Below, piece after piece: positions 40,663-50,209 of a DNA stretch of 64,000 bases. Position numbers and translations under genes: made by a program. The notes below the pieces were generated by a model. That model was given only the letters and a program-made list of their open reading frames with translations. It did not search any database and was not told the DNA's origin. This DNA is from Phycisphaerae bacterium (GTDB taxonomy: Bacteria > Planctomycetota > Phycisphaerae > UBA1845 > Fen-1342). The stretch lies in contig CAXXTC010000001.1 of assembly GCA_963666925.2 (NCBI GenBank), positions 16,435 through 80,434 on the forward strand. Reading direction: 5' to 3'. Within the stretch, counting starts at the first letter, position 1, and each line of letters starts with the position of its first letter.

Positions 40663-41097
40663 TTACGGATTTTTCGGTGCTGATCCGCATTCCGGGCAGC
40701 GCCCGGTGGTGTTGCCGGTGAGGTCATAGCCGCAGCGCATACAGCGCCCGGGCGGATAGGGTCGGATAGGCAGCCAGCCCCAGGCGGTGAGGGCGGCCAG
40801 GAGCGTCAGGGGAATCCAGAGAGGGAGGCAAAATCCCCAATTGCGGGCCCAGGGTTTCCAGTGCAGTGGCGTGCTGTGGCGAAAGGTGCGAAAACCGCGT
40901 TGGGGCGGGCCGTTCCAGCGGATGGTGGATTTCCAGTAGGCGCCGATGGCGCCGGCGCGGAGGTCGATGATGATCTTGTCGCTGGGTGCGATCCACTCGC
41001 AGGCGTGTTCGCGGGAATACCAGAACGCGGCTCCGAATAGTGCGATCAGGATCGGGCCGATCCAACGCCCCCGCCGTCGCCAGCGTCCGCGTGTCAT
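40663..41097 (-). CDS. Small membrane protein with a C-terminal CxxCGYDL..RCPECG zinc ribbon
   Basis: Two hydrophobic segments, LPLWIP, CMRCGYDLTGNTTGRCPECG. Confidence 0.75.
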   Translation of the reverse strand: MTRGRWRRRGRWIGPILIALFGAAFWYSREHACEWIAPSDKIIIDLRAGAIGAYWKSTIRWNGPPQRGFRTFRHSTPLHWKPWARNWGFCLPLWIPLTLLAALTAWGWLPIRPYPPGRCMRCGYDLTGNTTGRCPECGSAPKNP

Positions 41098-41163
41098 GGG
41101 TGCATGATAGACGTTTGAGTTGGCGGTGTGCGTAGCAAGTTGTCGGCTGGCTGGCAGCGATGA

Positions 41164-41808
41164 TCAGGGCGTGGTAGGCCGCAGATCGAAGAAGCGGTGC
41201 CAGGTCATTTCGGGGACGCGCCAGGTGCGTTGGAGAGTCCAGCCGGCGTCGACCAAGGCGGCGCGAATACGCCGCAACGGATAGCCGGGATAGCCGATTT
41301 CCCAATGATGTCTGGGCTGAATGACGTGGGCGTCGCGTGTGAGCCAGCGGGGGAGGCTGCCGACGAGTTCGCGGCGACCGAGCAGCGGAAGCTGCACCCG
41401 CACGGCCAGGCACCAGGTGCGGTCCGGCAGGCTGAGGACCAGGCCGCGGCAAGTGACGCGGCGCAGCTCGCGCAGTGCGCTGGCGAATTGATCGAATGGC
41501 AGATGTTCGAGCACCTGGCAGCAGAGCGAAACATCAAACTCTCGATCGGCAGCGGGGATCTGCGTGACACTGCCGACGAGGTCGGGTTTCAGAGAGGGCT
41601 CGATATCGAGCGTCGTCACCTGGATGTTCAGTTGTTGAAGCACGGCTGCGACTACGCCGGTGCCCACGCCGACCTCAATTACGCTGGTGGGCTGGTGGTG
41701 CAGGACCGTGCGGATCTGGTGCGCGAAGCTGAAGGCGCGCGCATCGCCGACGTATTGGCGGCCGAACCGCGACGTGGCGGGGGCTGAAGGGTCGTTGTCG
41801 GTACTCAC
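41164..41808 (-). CDS. Class I SAM-dependent methyltransferase (type 11-like)
   Basis: VIEVGVGTG, LDI, FDVSLCCQVLEHL, HHWEIG. GTG start chosen. Confidence 0.85.
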   Translation of the reverse strand: MSTDNDPSAPATSRFGRQYVGDARAFSFAHQIRTVLHHQPTSVIEVGVGTGVVAAVLQQLNIQVTTLDIEPSLKPDLVGSVTQIPAADREFDVSLCCQVLEHLPFDQFASALRELRRVTCRGLVLSLPDRTWCLAVRVQLPLLGRRELVGSLPRWLTRDAHVIQPRHHWEIGYPGYPLRRIRAALVDAGWTLQRTWRVPEMTWHRFFDLRPTTP

Positions 41809-42109
41809 GTGGGCTGTTCCTGGTCGGTGTATCGAGAAGATCGCTGTTTGGCACACGCGGCGCGGGTAGCTGGGATCGCAGCGCTTGTCCCGTTGTTGCG
41901 TGCGGCGAGTCGCTACGATAACCAGAGCCGAGCGCCGCTGCCAACCGCAGGAATGATTGGTTGGGGGGTGCCCTCGGCATGCGCGGAGATGGTGATCGAA
42001 CGAGTTTTATGCAAGTGGCGGCAAACCTCGGAGGCCGGCAAGGGCGATATATCCGGACGAACGGTTGGCCGGCTTGGCTGGCGGGTTGCGGCGGCTGGGG
42101 GCATTGTCT

Positions 42110-42961
42110 ATGTTTGGTGGGGTAACGCGTAACTTAGTGATACGGACGATTGTCATGCTCTTCCCAACTCTGCGAAGACGTTTGCGGATCAGGCTCAATG
42201 GCTGGTTCGGCCCGCTGCCCCGGCCGGAGAAATGGGTGTTCATCGTCGGCAACACTAACTCGGGCACGACGCTGTTGCACGCTTTGCTGGGAACCCACCC
42301 GGACGTTGGCAGCATGCCGGAGGAAGGGATGTACCTGAGCACCCAACTGGTCACGCCGCAGGATGTCAATCTGTCGCGGCTCTGGGCGCTGCACCCCGAG
42401 ATCTTCGCGATGGATGCATCGAGCGACCGCGGGGTCAACCTGCGTGTCCTCAAGCGGCAGTGGGGCGCGGCGATGAATCGGCCGCATGCGCCGGTGCTGC
42501 TGGAGAAGTCACCGCCGAACGCGGTCCGCTTGATGTGGCTGGCGGACCGCTTCGAGAACCCATATTTCGTCGGCATGCTCCGCAACGGCTACTGCGTGGT
42601 CGAGGGCATTCATCGCAAGGCGTCGCAGCCGATCGACCTGGCCGCCCGGCAGTGGGTCGCGGTCAACGAGGTCATGGAGCGCGATTTCGCGAAGCTGCCG
42701 CGCACTCACATGGTGCGCTACGAGGAGTTTGCGGCGAACCCCGCGGCCACGTTGCGCAGCGTAGCGGAGTTCGTCGGTCTGGATCCGGAGCGCTTCCCGT
42801 CGGTCGAAGGTTCCTGGAAGATCCATGAGCGAAACGCCCCGGTTGGCAACATGAACGCCGGCTCGCTGGCGCGGCTCACGCCGGAGCAGCGGGAAACCAT
42901 CCGTTCTATTGCCGGGCCCATGCTCGACCGTTTTGGCTATACCGACTCAACCGGAGGATGA
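42110..42961 (+). CDS. Sulfotransferase family protein
   Basis: 5'-PSB-like FIVGNTNSGTTLL, LEKSP, MLRNG, VRYEEF. Confidence 0.85.
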   Translation: MFGGVTRNLVIRTIVMLFPTLRRRLRIRLNGWFGPLPRPEKWVFIVGNTNSGTTLLHALLGTHPDVGSMPEEGMYLSTQLVTPQDVNLSRLWALHPEIFAMDASSDRGVNLRVLKRQWGAAMNRPHAPVLLEKSPPNAVRLMWLADRFENPYFVGMLRNGYCVVEGIHRKASQPIDLAARQWVAVNEVMERDFAKLPRTHMVRYEEFAANPAATLRSVAEFVGLDPERFPSVEGSWKIHERNAPVGNMNAGSLARLTPEQRETIRSIAGPMLDRFGYTDSTGG

Positions 42962-42967
42962 CCGCGC

Positions 42968-44542
42968 GTGTCGCGTGAAGCTGATCAACCGCCGCCGAAC
43001 GGGCCCGCGGCTCATCCGGGGATGGAGATCAGCAAACGCTTGTTGGCGGTTAACACCTTCAGCGCCGTCGCTACCCACGTTATACAGCTCAGCGTCCTGG
43101 TCTGGCTGCAACAGTACCTGCTGGCGCACGTGCCGCTGGATGAGTACAGCATCTATCCGCCGATCGTCGCGGTCATGATGTTCGTCCCGCTGCTGTCGGT
43201 GACGGTGACGAGCGGGCTGGAACGCTATACCGTGGCCGCCTATGCCAACGGCGACGATGTCCGCGTAACGCAGATCATCTCAACAATGTTCCCGCTGACG
43301 GCTGCGGTCGGGCTGGTCGTATTGATCGCTGGCGGCTGCTGCGCCTGGTGGGTTGACGCGTTGTTGCGTGTACCGGCCGGGTTAATCAACGACGCCCGGA
43401 TAATGCTGGGCCTGCTCATGCTTCTCGCGAGCGTGCGCGTCATCCTGGCACCGCTCAGCCTGGGCTTCTATATCCGCCAGCGCTTCGTGCAGCTCAACGG
43501 TATTCAATTATCGGTGCAATTTCTACGGCTGGGTATTCTGCTGGCGCTGCTCTTCGGCGTAAGCGCGCGTGTCGTGTGGGTGGTGGTGGCGACGGTCAGC
43601 GCGGAAATCCTCGGTCTGCTGGTGACATGGTTGTGGTCGCGGCGGCTGGTGCCGGCGCTGCGCTTCATCCCGGGACGCATCAACTGGTCCATCGGCCGGG
43701 AACTATTGAGCTTCAGCGGCTGGCGGTTCGTACAGCAGCTCGCCTGGGTGTTGCGGACCGGTGCCCCGACCATCATTCTCAATCGCCTGGCTTCGCCGCT
43801 GGACGTGACCTGCTTCTACCTGGGCTCGCTGCCGAACGCGCAGATCCAGCGTACAGCGGTTTTCACGACGGCCTCGTGGCAGCCGGCGCTGACGGCGATG
43901 TACGCTAAGGGGCGGCGCGATTCACTGGCGCAGGCGTACATACAGGGCGGCCGCTATGCGCTCTGGAGCGTGCTGGCCATTTGCGTGCCGCTGCTCGTAT
44001 TCCGCAACGAGGTGATCAAGTTGTGGGTCGGGTCGGAGTTTCAACAGGCCAGCGTGGTGATGGGCCTGCTCCTGCTGTCACTGCCCGTCACGTACGCCAA
44101 CTACATGGTGGCCAAACTGGTGCTGGCCACCGGCACGCCACGCCCCCTGGCGCTACGCACACTCGCCATGCAATTGATAAACATAGCGGCGATGGTTTAC
44201 GTCGTTCATTGGCGGTCGGCCGGTGCGGTGGGGGCGGCGTGGACGGTGCTGATCGTCAACCTGATGCTACAGCCGCTCTGGCTGTACGGCCTCGGCTGGC
44301 GCGTGGCGGGTATCGGGATACAACGCTGGTGGCGTGGCACATTCCGGCCCGGGGTAATACCGGCCCTTATTGGCGGAGCCGCGTGGTTTGGCCTGCACGT
44401 GCTGGTGATGCCGGATTCGTGGTTCGCGCTGATCGCGTGCAGCCTGGGTGGCGGGGCGGCTTATCTGCTGGGGCTGCTGCTGGCGCTCCAGCCCTATGAG
44501 CGTGACTTGGTCCGCAAGTTCACCCGGCGAGTTGGTCTGTAA
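42968..44542 (+). CDS. Oligosaccharide flippase / polysaccharide biosynthesis protein (Wzx/MOP superfamily)
   Basis: About 12-14 hydrophobic segments; RELLSFSGW, IKLWVG, GAVGAAW patterns. Confidence 0.82.
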   Translation: MSREADQPPPNGPAAHPGMEISKRLLAVNTFSAVATHVIQLSVLVWLQQYLLAHVPLDEYSIYPPIVAVMMFVPLLSVTVTSGLERYTVAAYANGDDVRVTQIISTMFPLTAAVGLVVLIAGGCCAWWVDALLRVPAGLINDARIMLGLLMLLASVRVILAPLSLGFYIRQRFVQLNGIQLSVQFLRLGILLALLFGVSARVVWVVVATVSAEILGLLVTWLWSRRLVPALRFIPGRINWSIGRELLSFSGWRFVQQLAWVLRTGAPTIILNRLASPLDVTCFYLGSLPNAQIQRTAVFTTASWQPALTAMYAKGRRDSLAQAYIQGGRYALWSVLAICVPLLVFRNEVIKLWVGSEFQQASVVMGLLLLSLPVTYANYMVAKLVLATGTPRPLALRTLAMQLINIAAMVYVVHWRSAGAVGAAWTVLIVNLMLQPLWLYGLGWRVAGIGIQRWWRGTFRPGVIPALIGGAAWFGLHVLVMPDSWFALIACSLGGGAAYLLGLLLALQPYERDLVRKFTRRVGL

Positions 44543-44808
44543 GTGATTCGCCGCAGCCCAAGTGGGGCGGGGATCGCCTTCTGCGCGGTTGATTGATTGA
44601 GATTGCACACGCCGTATCATCAATATGCGTGTGTGTTTGGTTCGAATTAGGCGTTGGAGCGTGGATCAGGTGAGTTATTGCGCTGGAACGCACAAAACCA
44701 CTAGGCGATGTTTGCCTTGGGCTGATGAGGGTGCCTATACCTGATTAGTCAGGGGCGGTGTGTAGATGGGCAGGGATGGACCGATAACTGTACGAAGGAG
44801 TTTCGCGA

Positions 44809-45876
44809 ATGCTACTTCAGTATCGCGTAATACAGAGGACGATTGTTCTCGCCTCGTTTCTGATTGCGGCGGCTGGTTTGGCGCGGGCGGAAGTGGAGTT
44901 TGCGTCGGCCGAGCTGTTGCAACTCGGAAGCGACGACATCGTCGTGCCGGGCTACTCCGTGCCCACGATCATCGACTGGAACGCCGACGGTGTGGATGAT
45001 CTGATTGTTGGTGCCGGCGGTGTGATGGATCCGGGAACGGTGGAGATTTTTCTGAATGCCGGCTCGAACCAGATGCCGCTCTACTTTGAGTGCGACTCTT
45101 TCTTTGCGCAGACGGCGACGGGCGATCTGACGGTTCCCGGTGGCGCATGTATGGGGGCTTTTCCGCGGCCGGTGTATTGGGACGGGGATGACTGCAAGGA
45201 TCTGCTGATCGGTTTGCCGGACGGGCACGTGATGATCTTTCTGAACACGTGCACAGACTCGGCGCCGCTGTTTGACGCGGGTGCGTATGTTCAGGTGGGG
45301 CCGGCGGGATCGAAGACGGACCTGACCGTTTACGCCCGCGCCACTCCGGCGTTGACCGACTGGAACAACGATGGGTTGTTGGACCTGGCCGTCGGCGGGA
45401 TCGAGGGCAAGGTGTACCTGTTTATCAACACGGGCACGGTGGGCAATCCAGACTTCGTCAGCTCGACTGTTGTTCAGGCCGCCGGAGCACCGCTGGTGGT
45501 TCCCAGCTATCGCTCCAGCCCGGCGGTGGCTGACCTCAATCATGATGGCCGCAAGGATCTGCTGCTGGGCAACTCGGACGGCCAATTGCTGTTCTATGCG
45601 AACGTCGGCACCGATGCGGAGCCGGAGTTTGACACTTGCGAGCCGGTGTATGCCGACGGTGAGGCGGTGGATCTGCCGGAGGACCCGCGCTCGCGACCCT
45701 ATATCTACGATTGGGACGATGATGGTCGGCTGGACCTGCTGGTCGGTGCGGGTGATGGCCTGGTGCGCCTGTATGGCGGGTTGCCGATAGTGCCGGCGTC
45801 GCTTTCCGACACGAAGCGAGTCGCCCCCGGTGGAACAGCGAAGCTGGACTGGCGCGGCGTTTACAAGCTCCACTGA
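44809..45876 (+). CDS. Secreted FG-GAP/VCBS repeat protein
   Basis: Signal peptide ..GLARA; five D(W/L)NxDGxxDLxxG-type repeats. The 3' end overlaps convergent dapF by 16 nt. Confidence 0.85.
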   Translation: MLLQYRVIQRTIVLASFLIAAAGLARAEVEFASAELLQLGSDDIVVPGYSVPTIIDWNADGVDDLIVGAGGVMDPGTVEIFLNAGSNQMPLYFECDSFFAQTATGDLTVPGGACMGAFPRPVYWDGDDCKDLLIGLPDGHVMIFLNTCTDSAPLFDAGAYVQVGPAGSKTDLTVYARATPALTDWNNDGLLDLAVGGIEGKVYLFINTGTVGNPDFVSSTVVQAAGAPLVVPSYRSSPAVADLNHDGRKDLLLGNSDGQLLFYANVGTDAEPEFDTCEPVYADGEAVDLPEDPRSRPYIYDWDDDGRLDLLVGAGDGLVRLYGGLPIVPASLSDTKRVAPGGTAKLDWRGVYKLH

Positions 45877-46709
45877 CCGGTGAAGACCTCTTCAGCGGGT
45901 CCGGTCATGAAAACGTGATTGGAGTCGGCGTCCCAGCGTAGTTGCAATTCGCCGCCGGGAAGTTCGATGGTCATTTCTCGACCAGTTTGGGCGGTGAGGA
46001 CGGCGGCGACGCAGACGGCCGCAGCGCCGGTTCCGCAGGCCAGGGTGATGCCCGCACCTCGCTCCCAACTGATCATCCGGACGCGGCGCTGGTCGATGAC
46101 TTGGGCGAAGTGGACGTTGACGCGATCGCGGAACATGGGGCGGTTTTCGATGGCTGGTCCCCAGGCGGCCAGGGGCACGCGGGCGATGTCGCGCTCAAAG
46201 AAGATGGCGTGCGGATTGCCCATGGATACGCAGGTCATGTGCAGCGTGGTGCCGGCCAGCAGCACCGGCTTGGCAATGACACGATCGCAGCCGAGCGTGA
46301 CGGGGATGCGGTGTGCGTCGAGCACGGGTTCGCCCATGTCGACGCAGGCGGCCTGGACGCGATCGTGGTCGTCGAGCGTGAGTTCGATCGGGTGCAGTCC
46401 GCGGGGGCTTTCGACGATTAGCGGGTTGGCGCGGGCCAAGTTGCGTTCGTAGGCCAGCTTGGCGACGCAGCGGATGCCGTTGCCGCACATTTCGGCAGTG
46501 CTGCCGTCGGGGTTGAAGATGATCATGCGGACGTGGGCGTGCGGGTCGTGTGGCGGGGCGACGAGGATCAGCCCATCGCTGCCGACGCCGCGATGCCGAT
46601 CGCTGATCAGCGGGGCGAGCTGGGCGGGGTTTTCGAGTGTTTGGTCGAAGAGGCTGACAAGCACGTAGTCATTGCCCAGCCCGTGCATTTTCGTGAAACG
46701 TAGCGACAT
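45861..46709 (-). CDS. dapF: Diaminopimelate epimerase
   Basis: FTKMHGLGND, EMCGNGIRC, SMGNPH, ERGAGITLACGTG. Confidence 0.97.
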   Translation of the reverse strand: MSLRFTKMHGLGNDYVLVSLFDQTLENPAQLAPLISDRHRGVGSDGLILVAPPHDPHAHVRMIIFNPDGSTAEMCGNGIRCVAKLAYERNLARANPLIVESPRGLHPIELTLDDHDRVQAACVDMGEPVLDAHRIPVTLGCDRVIAKPVLLAGTTLHMTCVSMGNPHAIFFERDIARVPLAAWGPAIENRPMFRDRVNVHFAQVIDQRRVRMISWERGAGITLACGTGAAAVCVAAVLTAQTGREMTIELPGGELQLRWDADSNHVFMTGPAEEVFTGQWSL

Positions 46710-47137
46710 CAGGCTCTCCGGTCCGGCGGCGTAAGTGCGGGGGCATCATCGGCCAATCGCCGACCCGCCGCAATGTCCGGAACGTTGGCCGAGGGCCTGT
46801 CGCGTGAAACGGGCAAACAGCATTCAGATCGCCTGGACATACGGGTGGAAGTGGCCGATTGTCTCGTGGTACTGTCGGGGAAACCGCGTGAGCTTCTCGT
46901 CGTACCATTAACTGCGGTGCGATGTGGGCAGCAGGCGGACAATTTACGAACTTGGGCGTGTGCTGGCGCCGGTCATTCCCAGCTCGCGGCCCAGGAACGC
47001 CGGTCTGCGGCCTTGAGCGCCCGGTGCAAGTCGCCTTACAATTGTGACCGTGTGTCCCCCACGTCTGGACGCACGGGGGCCGCAGCGGTGCGGTCGCCTT
47101 GTGAATTTCATCATAGTCTCGTTCTCGAGGAACACGG

Positions 47138-47530
47138 ATGTCACCTGCCATCAAAAATATCTTGCTCCTGGTGGTGTTACTGGGAGTGCTCGGTGCCGCG
47201 GGTTGGTTCTTTGTTCGGGGTGACCCCGAAAAGGAATACCCGACGGAGGCGAGCAGCAACACTATGTGGAAATGCACCAAGTGCGGCTGGGAAGTTGAGC
47301 TTACCGCTGCGGAGGTGCAGGACTGGCTCAACAGCGACGACAAAGTCCGGAAAGATCGGTCGATGGGGCGCATCACCGTTTTCTGGTGTCCCCAGTGCCA
47401 GGAGTTCACCGTCGTCCGAGCTGAGAAGTGCTCGCGGCACAACATCTACTTCTGCACCAAGACGGTTGACGGCACGCGGCTGGATTGCCCGAAGTGCGTC
47501 GAGGAATTCGGCATGGGGCGCAGCAAGTAG
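47138..47530 (+). CDS. Membrane-anchored Cys-rich (multiple CxxC) protein
   Basis: N-terminal TM; CTKC, CPQC, CSRH..C, CPKC. GAGGA upstream. Confidence 0.75.
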   Translation: MSPAIKNILLLVVLLGVLGAAGWFFVRGDPEKEYPTEASSNTMWKCTKCGWEVELTAAEVQDWLNSDDKVRKDRSMGRITVFWCPQCQEFTVVRAEKCSRHNIYFCTKTVDGTRLDCPKCVEEFGMGRSK

Positions 47531-48022
47531 CCCGGATCCGCCGGGCGGCTCGTGTCGCGGGGGGCGCCGCATAGGTGTAATCGCGATCACCCCCTGCTGC
47601 TCTGTCTGGAATGAGCGGCAGGGGGAGATGCGCTGATGAACAGCGGAGGTTTTCGCGGGCGCGCTTACGGGCTGGCCTGTGACGCCGCCTTCGTGGTGGG
47701 GCGGGGCAGGGCGATTTGGCTTCATCGGCCGGAGAGCTTCGGCTGCCTGGGGGTACTGTGCCTTGTGGCCCGATCAGCGGGGCGACATAATCCTCGGACG
47801 AGTCAGAATGGCATCGTGGGCAAAGCAGATCGAAGGGTGTTTGAGCCCGGTATGGCGATGCCTCCAAACCAGTGTGAAGTCGTTCGTGGAAGCTCGGCCC
47901 GGGCAGGTCAGGTCCCCCAGGCTCTGTTCTGCTGCTTCCGGCGGTGATTCTGCCGGGCCCGATCTGACCGCGATGCGGCAATGATAGTGATAGGCTTCTG
48001 AACCTCCAGGTGAGGGCCCACC

Positions 48023-48670
48023 ATGGCCACGAAGAAAGCCAGCAAGTCTACGAAGAAGAGTGCGGGGCGGAAGACGGTTCGAACGAAGGCGGCGTCGCGC
48101 AGGAAGACGTCGAAGAAGGCGGCCGGCAAACGCTCCGGAGTGAAGAAGGCAACCAGGAAGCGGGCGGTCAAGAAGACTACCAGAAAGCGCGTAGTCAGGA
48201 AGACCACCAAGAAGCGCGCGGTTAAGAAGGTCACCAGAAAACGGGCGGTCAAGAAGACGACAAAGAAGCGTGTCGGTAAGAAGACGACGAAGAAACGCAC
48301 CGTCAAGAAGGCGACCACGAAACGAGCAACGAAGAAGGTGGTTGCGAAGAAGACCGCAGCGAAGAAAAAGACCACGAAGAAAAAGGCGGTAGTGAAGAAG
48401 AAGGCTGCGGCGAAGAAGTCGGCTGCGAAGAAGGTCACCAAGGCGCCGGTCAAACGTGGCCGAGCCGTGCGGACGGGCGAGGAAGTACCGCTGCGCAAGG
48501 TGTCGAAGCCGCGCCAGCCGCGGCGGACAAAGCAGGCGGTGTTGTCGCTGGCAACCGCCCGCGCCGCCGCCGCTGCCGGTGGCAGAGACGGGACTGCCAG
48601 TGCCCGCTTCGACCGAACCGCCCATGGCGGCCGAATTGCCCACGGCGGCCGAAGTGCCCGTGGCGAATGA
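48023..48670 (+). CDS. Histone H1/Hc2-like Lys/Arg-rich protein; the C-terminal part may be frameshifted into the bcp frame
   Basis: MATKKASKSTKK.. with about 8 nonapeptide repeats KK(T/A/V)T(R/K)KR(A/V/T)V. GAGG upstream. Confidence 0.75.
   Translation: MATKKASKSTKKSAGRKTVRTKAASRRKTSKKAAGKRSGVKKATRKRAVKKTTRKRVVRKTTKKRAVKKVTRKRAVKKTTKKRVGKKTTKKRTVKKATTKRATKKVVAKKTAAKKKTTKKKAVVKKKAAAKKSAAKKVTKAPVKRGRAVRTGEEVPLRKVSKPRQPRRTKQAVLSLATARAAAAAGGRDGTASARFDRTAHGGRIAHGGRSARGE
48143..48360 (+). repeat. Degenerate 27-nt coding tandem repeat (KKxTxKRxV)
   Basis: Successive units aagaaggcaaccaggaagcgggcggtc, aagaagactaccagaaagcgcgtagtc, and so on. Confidence 0.7.
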
Positions 48671-48692
48671 GCTGCCTGCGGCGGCGTCTGAC

Positions 48693-49151
48693 ATGATCGA
48701 GGTTGGCGAGCCGGCACCGGATTTTGAGCTCGCTGACCAGAACGGGCAGATGCACACGCTGGCGCAGTATCGCGGTCGGCGCGTGGTGTTGTACTTCTAC
48801 CCGAAGGATGACACGCCGGGATGCACGAAGGAAGCCTGCGGGTTCCGCGACAATCTGGCCCCAATCGAGGACACCAACACCGTCGTATTGGGCGTTTCTC
48901 CGGATCCGGTTAGTAGTCATGAGCGGTTTGCGTTGAAGTTCGGGTTGAACTTCTCCATCCTGGCGGATGTGGGGGCTGCCGTGGCGCAGCGCTATGGCGT
49001 TTGGCAGCCGAAACAGCGTTTCGGACATGTGAAGATGGGGATTGTGCGTACTACGTTTATTCTCGACGCGGCCGGCCGCGTTGCGCGGGTTTTCCGGAAC
49101 GTGCGTGCTGAGCAACACGCGGAGGAAGTTGCCCAGGCCCTGCGCTCCTGA
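48693..49151 (+). CDS. bcp: Thioredoxin-dependent thiol peroxidase Bcp (PrxQ)
   Basis: MIEVGEPAPDF, YFYPKDDTPGCTKEAC (CxxxxC), GVSPD, RTTFILD. The frame is open upstream to 48396. Confidence 0.93.
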   Translation: MIEVGEPAPDFELADQNGQMHTLAQYRGRRVVLYFYPKDDTPGCTKEACGFRDNLAPIEDTNTVVLGVSPDPVSSHERFALKFGLNFSILADVGAAVAQRYGVWQPKQRFGHVKMGIVRTTFILDAAGRVARVFRNVRAEQHAEEVAQALRS

Positions 49152-49223
49152 ACGGGCGGTGCGCGGGTGGACCGCAGCCCGGGCCGTTTCGCCGGGGTGC
49201 GTTGATAGATTCAGAGGTGCCAG

Positions 49224-50165
49224 ATGACCGGCTCAGCAGCCGACCAATCTCATTTTGCCGATCGACTCCAGCAAGCCATCCAGGCCCGGCGTACGCCGGC
49301 GGTCGTGGGGATCGACCCGGTGCTCGAGCGCCTGCCCGAGGCCCTGCAACCGGCCGACCGCACGTTGGACACCGCCGTCGATAGCATCGAGCGCTTCTGC
49401 GCGGCCGTGATCGACGAAGTGGCCGAGATTGTGCCGGCGGTGAAGATCAACGCGGGCTTCTTCGAAGCGTTTTACGGGGCCGGCCTGGCAGCATACTACC
49501 GCACCGTCGCCCGTGCGCATCAGCGCGGCCTGCTGGTGATCGGAGATGTGAAGCGCGGCGATATCGGTTCGACGGCCGAGCTGTACGCACGCGGACACCT
49601 GGCGCCGCCGACGTTTGACGACGTCGATCCGGACACTATTCCGGACGCGGTTACGCTCGCGGGTTACCTGGGCGTGAATGTTGTGCGGCCATTTATCGAA
49701 CATGCTCACCACACGGGGCGTGCGGTGTACGTATTGGTACGGCCGTCCGACCCGGGTGCCGACGAGGTGCACGAGTTCGGTCGGACGGAGCGCTTCTACG
49801 AGCACATGGCCCGGCTGGTGCACGCGTGGGGTGCTGCCGACGAGCTGCGTGGCGCGTGTGGCCTGTCGTGCGTAGGTGCGGTGGTAGCGCCGAAGGATGC
49901 GCAGAGCACGGCGGCGCTGCGCGAGCTGCTGCCGCACGCGCCGTTCCTGGTGCCTGGGTATGGTGCCCAGGGTGGGACGGCGGAGAGGTGTCGGCCGTGT
50001 TTTCTGCCCGGCGGGCGCGGGGCTGTCATCAATGCCTCGCGGTCGGTTATCTATGCGTTCAGCCGACCGGAATACGTTGATCGCTTCGGCGCGAATTGGC
50101 GCGCGAGCATACAGGCGGCGGCGCGGAGTTTTGCCGACGATGTGGCCGCACTGCTGCGCGATTGA
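49224..50165 (+). CDS. pyrF: Orotidine-5'-phosphate decarboxylase (type 2)
   Basis: VGIDP, AVKIN, DVKRGDIGST, LVPGYGAQGG, INASRSVI. Confidence 0.94.
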   Translation: MTGSAADQSHFADRLQQAIQARRTPAVVGIDPVLERLPEALQPADRTLDTAVDSIERFCAAVIDEVAEIVPAVKINAGFFEAFYGAGLAAYYRTVARAHQRGLLVIGDVKRGDIGSTAELYARGHLAPPTFDDVDPDTIPDAVTLAGYLGVNVVRPFIEHAHHTGRAVYVLVRPSDPGADEVHEFGRTERFYEHMARLVHAWGAADELRGACGLSCVGAVVAPKDAQSTAALRELLPHAPFLVPGYGAQGGTAERCRPCFLPGGRGAVINASRSVIYAFSRPEYVDRFGANWRASIQAAARSFADDVAALLRD

Positions 50166-50209
50166 TCGATTATATGGTACGTTGATCCTATCGAAGCAAG
50201 GGGTATGCG

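Noticed and set aside
45780..45876. FG-GAP gene as a truncated pseudogene because it overlaps dapF
   Set aside because: The ORF is intact with a signal peptide, and a 16-nt convergent overlap is ordinary.
47810..47862. c-di-GMP-I (GEMM) riboswitch, suggested by GGGCAAA..GAAG
   Set aside because: It lacks the following GACGCAAAGC segment and the P2 receptor stem.
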